Shown here piece after piece: positions 1-21,934 of a stretch of DNA of 64,000 nucleotides (the first letter of the stretch is position 1; each line of letters starts with the position of its first letter). The stretch comes from the human T2T-CHM13v2.0 reference genome, Homo sapiens. The stretch lies in assembly GCF_009914755.1 (NCBI RefSeq), contig NC_060935.1. One strand, written 5' to 3'. The notes under the pieces were generated by a model. That model was not told the DNA's origin, made no database searches, and worked only from the letters and a program-made list of their open reading frames with translations. The position numbers and the translations under genes are program-made.

Positions 1-56
1 ATTGCATTCCAGGTTGGGCGACTGAGTGAAACTCCGTCTCAAAAAAAAAAAAAAAG
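1..56 (+). mobile_element. Alu 3' end and A tail (cut by window edge)
   Basis: ...actccgtctc + poly(A). Confidence 0.9.
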
Positions 57-171
57 AGATCTTCACTTTCTCACGTGGACACCTAGGAGGAGATGCATGT
101 TGATATTGTGGCTTTGCATGCCCTTGGCATAGCATGGTACACTCCTGGAGGGTCAGGTCCCCTCCACCGAA

Positions 172-466
<295 letters not shown>

Positions 467-1156
467 CCCCCTCTACTGAATTTTAGAAGCTTACACCTTT
501 TGGACAAGTCCAAACTCCCTTTGCTTGGGCATTGAGGCCCTTCATGATGTGGTCCTTGCTTAGAACCTTAGCCTCAGTTCTCATCATTTTCCTACTTGAT
601 GCTCTGGAGGGCATGATCGAACTGCTCAGAGGTTCCAGAATATACCTCTGTGCCTTTGCACTTGCTGCTCCTGCTACCTGGAGTACATTCTCTACAGCAG
701 TCTACATGGCAAGCTTCTACCCCTCTTTTAGGCCTCCTTGTCTGCTCACCTGGCCCAGGGGGTCACCCTTTCTTTGTGCTGCAGTCCTCTGTGGACAGCA
801 TCTCCTTCTGTGCAGTTTATCATGTTGCCATAATGATATTATATCATTATCACTAAATAAACCAGTATGGTTTGTTTAATAGACAGACCAAGTATGGCTG
901 GATAAGTCCCTTCTCTGAAGCTCTTAGAATTGACAACTCTGTGCTTGAATGTCCACATTCCATTCCATTGTCTCACAGCCCTCATGATAAAGTTCTTTCT
1001 CTTGAATTGGTAGGTACTTTCATTCATTCATTTAATGATTCAAAAATGTGTAGTGAGTGCCTAAAATATTCCAGGTACGGATCTGGGTACTACATTTTTA
1101 GGAGAAGATGACACATAGTTTATTTTTAAAATTATTTTTTAAAATTAATTAATTAA

Positions 1157-1667
<511 letters not shown>

Positions 1668-2130
1668 TAGGAAAAGCAAAGAATTAACTCTGCCTTCTTT
1701 TTGCATTTCTTCAGTAGCTCCCCTTGCAGAAGAAGCCAAAGTCCGGCTTGAAAGGGAGGAATAAGGTTTTTTTCCTCAGCGGATAGAGTTGGATTCTCAT
1801 AAGCTAAGCGTGAACTCAGGCCACACTTTCAATATATTCATTGGTCCTTTCAGTGCCTTCAGCCCTTGGCACCTGGGGAGGAATAAGTGGTCACTCTGAT
1901 GAGAAAGTTGGGGTCACAGGCTGGTGGGGACAGACATGGCCCCAAGTGATTATAAAACCAGGTGGAATAAAAAGTGTCCACACATCCTGTGTGTACCAGA
2001 ATGCAACTGGAACACCCCCCACTGCCCCCTTGTCCAGGGTCTTGCCTTTGCCTGGTTCCCCACCAGAGTCTCCTCACCCGCACCCCCAACCCCCATGCCC
2101 ATGCCCATTCCCCGGACTCCCGCCCTGCAG

Positions 2131-2259
2131 GGATACTCCTTTGTGGCACCCTCCATTCTCTTTGACCACAACAACGCGGTGATGACCGATGGGCTGGAAG
2201 CGCCTGGTGCTGGAGACCGGCCAGGTCGGGCAGCGGTGGCCAGGAGCGCTATGATGCAG
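2131..2259 (+). CDS. RPS6KA4: RPS6KA4/MSK2 coding exon: linker with hydrophobic motif (GYSF, Ser360)
   Basis: cag|GGA acceptor and CAG|gtgggc donor; 129 nt encode GYSFVAPSILFDHNNAVMTDGLEAPGAGDRPGRAAVARSAMMQ; back-counting from the stop of the 772-aa protein places Ser360 here. Confidence 0.96.
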
Positions 2260-2373
2260 GTGGGCTGGGCTGGGCTGGGTTGGGGGGAAATTGGTTTTAG
2301 GAGAGGCCTAGGCCCGGGGACTCTAGGCCTAGATCCAACTGGCGCCCGCAGCGTGAGCTCAGCAAGGTCCTAA

Positions 2374-4094
<1,721 letters not shown>

Positions 4095-4227
4095 TAGAAG
4101 TCAGGGTTCACCACGCGTGGGTCTCAGGAGTGCCCCTAGTGGGGAGGGTGAGTGGTTCTGTGGGAGCGGAGGGGTCAGCCTCGGCACCCCAGCCTGGGCC
4201 GGCCTCACCTTCCCCTCACCCTCCTAG

Positions 4228-4387
4228 TACATGATGCTGTCGGGGCAGGTCCCCTTCCAGGGGGCCTCTGGCCAGGGCGGGCAGAGCCAGGCGGCCGAGA
4301 TCATGTGCAAAATCCGCGAGGGGCGCTTCTCCCTTGACGGGGAGGCCTGGCAGGGTGTATCCGAGGAAGCCAAGGAGCTGGTCCGAG
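4228..4387 (+). CDS. RPS6KA4: RPS6KA4 coding exon: kinase C-lobe
   Basis: cctag|TAC and G|gtgcgg; YMMLSGQVPF...VSEEAKELVR, 160 nt, phase 1. Confidence 0.96.
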
Positions 4388-4480
4388 GTGCGGAGCTGGA
4401 GGTCATAGACCATGGTTGGGGAGGGGGACGCTGGGACAGGGATGGTCACTGGGCCAGGTGTCCTGGTTGGGGATGGGTAG

Positions 4481-4747
<267 letters not shown>

Positions 4748-4826
4748 TGAAGGGAAGGGGTGGGCGAAGCCTCGAGAGGTGGGGTCTGGGGAGGCCCGGC
4801 CATCGGAGCACAGAAAGGCGAGGTGA

Positions 4827-5482
<656 letters not shown>

Positions 5483-6215
5483 TCCCCACCACTGTGACCC
5501 CCTTCCCTCATAGGGGCTGTGACCTGGGAGCCCGGCTCACTCCCGGAGGCCTCTGCCTGCGGCTGACCTGATCCCCAAGGGACTGTCCTTTCCTCTCCTA
5601 CCCCACCCCACTCCCAGACAGAGCAGAAGTATTTTTATAAGCAGAGAATTTTTTATGTCTTACCAGATAGAGTTGCAGGGAAGGGGGGGCCTGCTGGGGA
5701 GTGGGGTTTGGGGGGCCCTCTCCCAGGACACTGCCTCTTCTGGGCAGAAGGCCCCTCCAGGGGGACTGCTCCAACAGGAAAGAGCCCCTCCCCCACTTCT
5801 AAGCACTGAGTTAGGAGTGCTAACTCCTAAACTGGGACCCCCTACCCTGTTCTCCCCTGAGGCCCCGTTCCTGGGAGGGGCACCCCTCAACTGTCACTTT
5901 ATGGACTGTCTGTGCAATTACGTCCACCAAAGACCCGTGTTGGGGGTACTGAAGGAGAGGCCCTGGGGGACCCTCTGAAGCATTTCTGCCTCACTTTATG
6001 TCATCTGCTTCTCCCCTGTTGGGGCTAAGGAAGGAGATAGGTGGCTCCTAAAAGAGGAGGCCATCTTCTCACCCACCCCTTCCTCTTTGGCACAGCTACT
6101 CCTGGCTGGGGGTGGGGCCTTGGGGGTCTGGGCTGGGCATCCATGGTCACTGCCTCAGCCCAGCCAGGCTGTGCCTTTGACTTTAAAATAAAAGTCCACC
6201 CAGTGCTGTGTGTGG
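5483..6215 (+). other. RPS6KA4: RPS6KA4 3' UTR
   Basis: Lies between the stop codon and the poly(A) signal; end inferred ~20-25 nt after AATAAA. Confidence 0.85.
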
Positions 6216-6250
6216 CATCTGCGTGTCCTCGTTCGTGTTGTGGGTGTCTA
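6187..6250 (+). terminator. Polyadenylation signal AATAAA (6187-6192) with GU-rich downstream element
   Basis: AATAAA followed by GTGTGTGG and GCGTGTCCTCGTTCGTGTTGTGGGTGT. Confidence 0.85.
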
Positions 6251-6417
6251 GAGCAGAGATTCTGGGCAGACAGGCTGCTAGCCCGTGGAGTTTGGAACCT
6301 CAGTGGGGAGGGACAGGCAGACTCTTCTGGGCAAGAAGATATTCTTTGTTCCTTGACTTTTGCTATGAGCAGGAGGGCGCAACTCTCATCCTGGGTGTAT
6401 ATCCGGACAGCTCTGCT

Positions 6418-7140
6418 GGGTATCATTTAGGATATTCTTGGTTGTAAATACAGCTGCTGCTTGACTTAGGGTGGACCTACATCCCGATAAACCCAACCTG
6501 AATAGAAAATGCTGAAAGCCGAAAATACATTTAATGTCTGCAACACAGCAGACGGTGCCTGACTTAGGATTGTTTGATTTACCGGCTTTCAGCTTTACCA
6601 TGGTGCCAAAGCGATAGGCTTTCAGTAGAAAACATAAATAAATGGTAAGGAGCTTCCTGACTTACGATGGGATTACCCATCGTAGGTCGGAAAATTCGTG
6701 TCAAGCATAAGTCAGTCGGGGACTGTCTGTAAGAGAAAACCCAACCCAAACTTGCTTAAGCAAAACACAGGGTTTTGGGGGGCTCTTGGAACTATGCAGC
6801 TTCTCGATAGCTTCAGGCAAGACCTAATCCAGACTGAAGCACATGATCAGGACTCAGCTGCCGAGTCTGCCGAGTCTGCCGAGCTTTTTATTGTTTTCTT
6901 GGCGGTGGTCCAGTCTGGAGGACTCTCCTTATGGACCCAAGACGGGTGCCAGGCGCTCCAGGGACTCCAGATGGAAATATGGAGATGGAAATGGTTTCAC
7001 GGTTCCCAAGGGAAGTCCTGAGATGTGCTCTGATTGGAGCCACTGAGGTCATGTGCCCACACTGAACCAATCACTGTGGCCAGGGAGGCAGTGTGCTGAT
7101 TGGCTTAGGTCTGGACCATGGCCTCCCCTCTGGAGGCTCA
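6418..7140 (-). mobile_element. MLT1K/L-like MaLR LTR, split by a Tigger MITE
   Basis: ...ttcttggttgtaa | agagaaaacccaacccaaacttgcttaagcaaaa... and ctgattgg/aaccaatcactgtggccaggg segments typical of MLT1K. Confidence 0.6.
6451..6729. mobile_element. MER47B/Tigger5-type DNA transposon MITE
   Basis: CAG...CTG termini flanked by TA; gacttacgatggg and gataaaccc motifs. Confidence 0.75.
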
Positions 7141-8138
7141 TTGGGTGGAGAGTAGGGGAGGGGTGGGCCCTTGACGGAGGTTACTTGAACCCGGCTGGGT
7201 GGTCAGTGAAGGTGGGAGTGAGTGGATCAGCCCCATTCATTAGGGCCCTCACTGGGATCAGAGCTTCGTTCCCCTCAGGGAGTGTCTGAGACTCCTCCCT
7301 GTGTGATCCCTGCGGGGTGTGTGTGTGTGTGGCCATAGGGCGGTTGTGGCCTGAGCACTTTTGCCAGCACCGCAGGTAGGTTCTTTTGTCCACACATGGG
7401 GATGTCCTGACAGCTCCCGCCCCAGGGTCTGCCTGAACCCCACCCTGGGCCGCCTCCCCATCGTTTCTCTCCCTGTGGCTACCCTGTGAGACCATCTCAT
7501 GTGGACCTTCCCCTCCTGTCCCCGGGAGGCCTGGGGATCTGGGCTGGGACCCAGAGGTGCCCAGGTGAGGCGAATCAGGCAGTCCTTGTGGGCAGGTGGG
7601 GCTCCGGGGGAGTGGAAAGGGTATGCGGGCGCCAGCTGTGTCCCATCCTGGTGGTCTGAAAGAACAGGAAGGGGCCCAGGACAAGGGGCCCTCAGGAGAA
7701 GGGAAGAAATTCTGAGGCTCTAATTCTGACTCCTGTGTTACCAGCTGTGTGACTTTAGCAAGTCACCTAACAGCCCCAACCTCCCCTATTTGTCGAAAAG
7801 AGGAACTAGAGAATTAACAGATTTAAGAGTATGGTCACTCAGTCACCAGGAATTTATTGAGATTTACTGACCTTTTCCAATGTGTAGGGACCCTCCTGAG
7901 CACTCTAGGCGGGAATCTCATTGAAGGAGATGAAAGGGTCCCATTTCATCAGATACTCACAAGCACTGAGTATTACCATTTCAAAACCTTTTCTAATTGA
8001 GTGGATGCAAAATAGTCTCTCATCTTCAATTTCTTCACCTCTCATTCCATGTAACTCACAGCCACCCTATGAAAGAGGTATCCTTAGCCTCATTTCTTCC
8101 TATTAATTAATTAATTTAACTTTTATTTTAAAAAGAGA

Positions 8139-8561
<423 letters not shown>

Positions 8562-9066
8562 TAGCCTCATTTCAGGGGTGAAGAAACGGTTCAGAGGATG
8601 CAGTAACCCAGAGAAGGGAGGATGCTGGGTGGAAAGAGCAGGGACTTAGAGGAATGAGCCAGCCTTGGTTTGAATCCTGCCTCTTCTCTGTGTGGTCAAG
8701 GAGCCTGCGGGTGGGAGATAGATGTGATTGAGCTGCAGGCTGGCCAGGGTGTAAAGCGGCAGAGTGGAAGGGGACACGGTGGGCACAGGCAGGGAAGTAG
8801 GGAGGCCAGAGGCCAATGCTCAAGGTCTTAGGTCTGGCCCCCTGCTTCTATACCTTGACTTTGGCTGCTGACTAGCCTTACCTAACATGGAGGCTGGCTC
8901 TTCCAGGGGAGCCAGGAGAGGTCACCCTCCTACACTGGGCTTCTGTTTCCACTCTTCAAATGTCCTCAGTGAACAGGCTTGGGCTTCCTGCTCTGATAAA
9001 ATGTTGGCGCCCCAAGAGGGTCCGACAGCCCTGTAAACCTCTGGCTCCCTCCAAGTCGCTGTTAAC

Positions 9067-9372
<306 letters not shown>

Positions 9373-9407
9373 TAACTATTAATAACTACTGTTAGAACTA
9401 AAGTTCT

Positions 9408-9698
<291 letters not shown>

Positions 9699-9721
9699 CT
9701 AGAGTCACTGTTTGACTCTAA

Positions 9722-12590
<2,869 letters not shown>

Positions 12591-13429
12591 GCAGCAGCAC
12601 GAGCAAGATCCAGGAAGCACTGTCTCCTTTAAAATGAAATAGCAGGCCTCGCCAGCGGAGTGTGTCCTTGCCCTCATTTTTCTTGGCGGAGCTCCTGGAG
12701 GCTGATGCAGGAGCGGAGGCTCTCCCTTTCCTGCCCTGCAGTCGCCCGCTGGGCCCGTGATGGTGGTGGAGGGTGTTGTGGACCATGAGTAGGGGACGAG
12801 GGACAGAAGTGGTGGATCTGAGCTTTGTCTCTGCGGGAATGGGCTGGGGACACAGTCTGCATGGGGGAGGGAGAGAGTGATTCCAGGGATGTGCTGAAGG
12901 GTCCCCAGGGAGTGGGCATGCTTGAGGGCAGGAGAGCTGGGCGTCGGGGAAGCTTTGCAGAACCATGAACTGAGCCGCCGAGTGGCTTCATACCAGGGCT
13001 CTTCTCCCAGCTGTGCAGTCGTGACCAAAACCACTTGGGCTTGAGTCTCCGTGGCCTCTAGAGTGAAGTGCGGATGGAACAACAGCCACTGGAATTGCCG
13101 ACGGGTGCACGGCCAAACGCTTGGCAAAGTGCGTGGCGCGCTGGGATTCCCCCACAAAAGGCAGTTTACCAAAAAATTATTAAGAGAACCCAGGAAAATT
13201 GAGGCCAGTTCAGGCTTGCTCAGGAAGGGACCCATGTCCAGGAAAGAGAGAGCGATGCTCTTCCCTCGCTCCCGGTCCCCCTTCCCTGGGCCACCGGCCT
13301 TTCCCTTCCGGCATCAGCCAGAGCCAAGTGTTCTGAACACTACCCCCGCCCCCACGAAAAGTGAGGACCAGATGGCGCCCCACCCTCTGAATACCTCTCA
13401 GCACGGAGTGTGAATCGCCACCGACCTGG

Positions 13430-14330
13430 CGTGTGTCAGTAGCTGCCTGGGAGCGGCCAGGATGGGCGTGGGAGCACACTCTTGTGTATGTGAATGTGTG
13501 CGTATGTGAGTAAATAAGTGTGTCAGTGTGAGATTGTGTGTGAGCACCTGTGTGTCTATGTGAGCGTGTGAAGACGTGTGAGTGAATATGAGGATGCTAG
13601 GGAGCATGTGAGTGCGAACTCATGAGTGCACGAGTGTGTGGGTGTATGGGAGTGTGTATGTGAGCACGTGAGTGTGAGAATGTGGATGAGTGTGGGTGTG
13701 TGTAAGCACAAGTGTGTGGGTGTGTATGCAGGTGTGTGCTGTGAGGATTGTGTTTGCATGTGTAAGTGTGAATGTGTATGAATGTATGTGAACAAAGCCT
13801 GTGTGTTTTGTGTGATTTGAGTGTATGTGTGAACATGTGTGACAGTGTGGACATATAAGTGTGAGTGTGAACAAAGCCTGAGTATGTTGTGATTGTAAGC
13901 ATGTGACAGTGTGTGTGCATGAGTGTGTGAATGTGTGTGTAAGAATGTGTCAGTGTGTGTCAGTGTATGTATGTGTGTAAATGTGTCAATGTGTTGAGTG
14001 TATGTATGTGTGTTAGTGTGTGTCAGTGTGGCTGTGTCAGTTTGAGTGTGAGTGCACATGTGTGAGCATGTGTGTGGGTGTGAGCGTGTGTGTGGGTGTG
14101 AGTGTGTGAGCATGTCAACGCGTGGGTGTGAGCGTGTGAGTGTGGGTGTGAGCGTGTGGACGTGTGTGGGTGTGAACGCGTGTGAGTGTGTGGGTTTGAA
14201 CGTGTGTGTGGGTGTGAGCGTGTGAACGTGTGAGCGTGTGAACGTGTGCGGGTGTGAGCGTGTGTGTATGTGGGTGTGAGTGTGTGAGCGTGAGTGTGAG
14301 AGTGTGAGAGAGTGTGTGTGAGTGTGTCGC
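13430..14330. repeat. ~900-bp degenerate (TG)n-rich tandem repeat
   Basis: Read directly; produces His/Thr-rich junk ORFs on the - strand. Confidence 0.95.
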
Positions 14331-14843
14331 TCTCTGAGGGAAGCACACAGCGCCGTGGTAGAAGCTCTGAAGTAAACACTTCGTTCTTCAGTTGATTCCC
14401 CTCCACGGGGACCCTGTTGCCTACTGGGACTGTATTGTAGCCGGGGGATGCGGGATTCAGACCCGGCCAGGAAGGCCGGACTCTCCGCACTGGGTGGGGC
14501 CGGCCTGGAGGCTGCAGAGGGGAGCCGCGGGCAGGCACGGGGCGGCCGCTGGCCGTGAAGTGATGTGCTGGTTGACGCTGTGGGCATGTAGGGGCTGTCA
14601 GGGGAGCGGTGACAGAACCAGGGCCAGGCGGGAACTGGAATCTCCAGGGATCTTGCTTTGCCTGTGAGTGGGGAAAGAAGGGCTGTGGGGAGAAGCACCG
14701 CAGGACTAGGCTGGGGGGACTGGAGCCCGGAGGTAACCCTGAGGCTGGCTTGTGACTTCATCTCCAGGGCAGACGCAGCCTGGGATGTGTGTGGGGAGTC
14801 CCTGGCCTGCTTGGAAAGGGAAGCCCTTCCTCCCCAAAGCTGA

Positions 14844-17560
<2,717 letters not shown>

Positions 17561-20496
17561 TGAGTGAACAAGTGAATATACTTGTAGATTCAGCCATTCC
17601 CTAGCAACCCCAGTTAAGCCCCCTGCCTGGGGTCAACCCAGACCATCACTGCTCTCCTCTCCCCATCTAGGTGCTCAGGGTGGGCTGGCCAGGTGTGCAG
17701 GGCCCCTTTCTCAGGCTGCCCTGCACATCCCCTGTTTCTCTGGATGCTGCATGTGTCACAACAGCTCTGCCACCTGCAGGCTGTGTGGCCTTGGGCAAGG
17801 CACACTCCCTCTCTGAGCCATGGCTTCTTTATTGACTCTTAGATTCAGTTCTGCAGAACCCTGGTGCTCTGAGGAGGTCTCCATGAGCAGGGTAAGGGGA
17901 GGCTGGATGGCTGGATAGTCCCTCCGCTTCAACCAGAGTGGCTTTGCTTTGATGTGTTTCTTATGCTGGGGTCAAATATAAGATTCTGTTTGGAAAGGGC
18001 TCTGCTGAAAATAGTAGTGACTATATCTCTAAGCTAGAAGATGAAGCGGGTCTCAAAGCTTAGCTTCAGGAGTTTCCCTGAAGGAGTGTGAAACCCATCT
18101 CCATCAATTCCTAGCTAAGTGACCTTGGGCAAATTACCGACCCTCTCTGTGCCTTAGTAACCTTATCCACGAAATGAGGCAATAATGTTGGCCGCCTCGT
18201 GGCATTGCAAAGATAAGGTCAAGTAATGCATGCCAAGCACTTGGAACACCTCCTAGGCAGAGGGCAGGAGGGCCCCTGGGATGGGTGAGGCATGGAGGTT
18301 GTTGCCATTCAAGCCAGGCCGACTCAGGCTGGCTCCCACAGGACGGTGCGTAGGTGCAGGTGTGAAGTGGTCTTTCAGCACATTTTCATGGAAAGAAGCC
18401 TTTCCTTTCAGATTCCTGAAAACCTCAGAGGTAAGGACTTTTCAGCGGGAAAGTCAGGGAGGGCAGTTTCCATAAGTGCACCTCACACTGATGCTGGCAT
18501 CTGACAGCTTCCCCCATAACACTGGACCGAAGGTGGGCGGGGCGCGGGCCAGCTCTGTGGGTTTGCTCTGGGCGGTTTGAAGACAGCAGTCACCAGGCCA
18601 GGGCCTCTGTGACCCCTCCCTCCTGCCTGCTCCCTGCGGTGCCCCCACTCTTTCTGATTCTCCCTGGGGCCTGGGAGACAGTGGGACACCCTGGGATGCC
18701 TGAAACTGCAGGTTGAGAGGCAGCCAGGGAGTGGGGTCCTCTGGGAGGAGCCTCAGGCAGGTTTCTGGGCCCCCTGTAACCGGCTGAATCAGAATTTCAG
18801 GGAGTGCAGTCTGGGAATCTGCTTTTTAAAAAGCTTCCCAGGGTCATGTGCAGTGACTCATTCCTGTAATCCCAGTACTTTGGGAGGCTGAGGCAGGAGG
18901 ATTGCTTGAGGCCAGGAGTTCAAAGTTACAGTGCACTATGATTGTACCACTGCACTTCAGCCTGGGTGGCAGAGCAAGACTCTGTCTCAAAAACAACCAA
19001 AAAGCAACCTTCCATGGTGTATATTCAAGCTATGGAGCCACAGATCTCATCTCATGAACCTCCTGAACTTTCCTAATGGGGAGACCGAGGCACAGAGGGG
19101 AAGGGACTTAGCCAGAGCCACAGGGCTGCCGACTGGCAAAACCAATTCCCGTGATGCCCAGCTGAGGCTTTCTCCCTCCCTGGGCCACACTTGCTGTAAT
19201 GTGGAATTTTCCATAGGGACACAGATCCAATTTTATACTAGGAGCTCTCAGAAACCAGTATTCTCTGCCAGAATTCCCTGCCATCACCCACTTTAGTGGA
19301 AAGCTGGTATTCTACAGAGTAAGGGGTGTCTGCTATGTCCCCCACTCCCACCACACCATTCACAGGTCCTCAGAGCCTCTCTGTGTTATTTTTCCTGCCC
19401 AGCGGGGGTCAACAGGTATCTGGCAGGGCCTGCTCACCAACAGATGTCCCTGTAGACCTGTCATAAGGCAGGCTGCCGGGAGCACACTGGACACAGAGGG
19501 GAGGTGGGGAGAAGCTGCCTGGGAGCCAGTGAGACCAGGCAGGCACTGACTGCTTAGCGGGGGCAGGCGTTTCTCCACCGAGAGAGTTGCAGATGCCAAA
19601 CAGACTCTGCAGCTCCGAGCTCTCCAATCTGCCTCAGCGGGGTCTTCCGTGCCCTGCATCTCCCCTGGCTGGGGCTTGGAAGCTCAGCCCGGAAGGTTCT
19701 TCTTGCCTGAGTGAGTCAAGTCCAGAGAAAGTGTCCGTGGTTGCCTGTGGAAAGAGGAAGCACTTTCTGGCTATTTCCTTTAATAACAACAAGAGTAGCG
19801 ATGACGTTGAGCCCATTTATTGAGCCTCATGATGTGCCAGGCCCTGTGCCACACAGGTAGAAGGTCACACATAGGATCCCTGCTGCCGCTGTTGTTAATA
19901 GTCATGGCCAATGTTATTACTGAATCCTTCTCTGTACCAGGAGCCAGGCACCGGGCCCAGCACTGTCTATAATTTCCTTTCATGAACAGGTTCTACATTA
20001 TCATCATCTGCAATTGTTTCCATGTTGTGGATGAAGAAAATGAGGCTTGGAGAGAGAAAGTAAATTGTCCAAGGTCACACAAAGGCATCCACGGGCATTG
20101 GCCCTAGAGCCTGGGCCTCCCTACTTGAGAACTAAGCCCTTAACCACAGTGGTTGAGCGGTTATGCTGCCTCTCAAGGTTATCTCCTGCCTAAGAGATAT
20201 TTCTTTCTAGCAGATGTGTGGTGGTTCGCTTTCCTCTGCAATCCGTTTTAGCTCTCTTTGCCCCAAGGATCTGGTTCTCGCTCCGACTCTGCAGAGCCTA
20301 GAGCTCCATAGACGCCAGCCCCGGGCTCTCTTTGCTGGAGGTGGCATGGCAGCTCCATTTGCTGTCTTTGTGAAATAAATCATGTCAGTCATGTGACAGC
20401 GCACTGTCCCTCATCATAGCCTAGCTTTCCATTCTGATCCACAACTTGGTACCTCAATGTGAAGACTGTGGTCTGGAATGACAAGATTCCAGAATA

Positions 20497-21210
20497 CAGC
20501 CATGAGTCACTTAGCCATGGGGACACGTTCTGAGAAATGCATTGTTAGGTGATTTCGTCACTGTGTGAACATCAGAGTGCACTTACACAAACCTGGATGG
20601 GTAGCCCGCAACACAGCTAGGCTAGATGGTACAGCTGATTGCTCCCACACCACAAGCCTGTATGGCAGGAAGTGCTGAGTAGCAGAGGCAATTGGAATAG
20701 AATGGTATTTGCGTATCTAAATGTATCTAATCATAGAAAAGGTGGCACATTGCACTATGATGATATGATGGCTATGAATGACATCACTAGATGAGAAAAA
20801 TTTTTCAGCTCCCTTATAATCTTTTATTTTTGTTATTTTTCTTTTCTTTCTTTCTTTCTTTCTTTCCCTCCCTCCCTCCCTCCCTCCCTCCCTTCCTTCC
20901 TTCCTTCCTTCCTTCCTTCCTTTCTTTCTTTCAAAAAATAAAAGCATACAGACAACCTCTTGCTATGTTGCCCAGGCTGTAGTCAAACTCCTCGCTTCAA
21001 GCAATCCTCCTGCTTTGGCCTCCCAAGTCCCAACCATGTTAGCCAGGCTGGTATCGAACTCCTGGCCTGAAGTGATCTGGCCACCTCAGCTTCCCAAAGT
21101 GCCAGGACTATAGGTGTGAGCCACCACACCCAGCCTCCATTATAATCCTATAGGACCACCATGGAATATATGGTCCCACACTGTCCAAAACATCATCATG
21201 CAGCCCATGA
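20497..21210. mobile_element. Tigger3 (Golem/MER7) element interrupted by (TTCC)n and AluJ pieces (~20825-21135)
   Basis: cgttctgagaaatgcattgttaggtgatttcgtca...; ctcc(c/a)ttataatc duplicated around the insert. Confidence 0.75.
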
Positions 21211-21540
21211 AATTAAACTGTTTCAAGGAGAAAAGCAAAGAACACAAATGAAAGATGGGTGAGGAGGAATCAATTGTGTGAACACTCAAGAGATGAAGAC
21301 GCTGAGGTCCCAGTAGACCACCGGCTGTCAGCAGCGGAATATGATAGCAGATTTGTTAAGGTAAGCACCACAAAACAGTGCTGCATCCCAGGTGTAGAAT
21401 GGGCTGAGAACATCTGACACTTTGCCTCCTCTTTTTTGATGTCATAATCACTGTTGTATTATTCTCCACAAGCATCCAGGAGGGAGATTAGTTTGGGCCC
21501 CTATCCTCTTAGTTTTATTAGCTCTGTAGAAAGTATGGCT

Positions 21541-21883
<343 letters not shown>

Positions 21884-21934
21884 TTAGCTTCCTTAGCAAC
21901 ACAAAAGCTATAGTGTTGGGTGTCAATGGGCTTT

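Noticed and set aside
6128-6163. 12-bp hairpin upstream of the poly(A) signal
   Set aside because: Such stems are expected by chance in GC-rich UTR sequence; no further support
13365-13380. CTCF site GGACCAGATGGCGC
   Set aside because: Mismatches the conserved leading CC of the core; too weak to call
13556-14761. 401-aa His/Thr-rich ORF, the longest in the window
   Set aside because: Translation of the (CA)n-rich strand of a simple repeat
17599-17608. RFX X-box core CCCTAGCAAC
   Set aside because: No accompanying X2/Y boxes seen; a short isolated match
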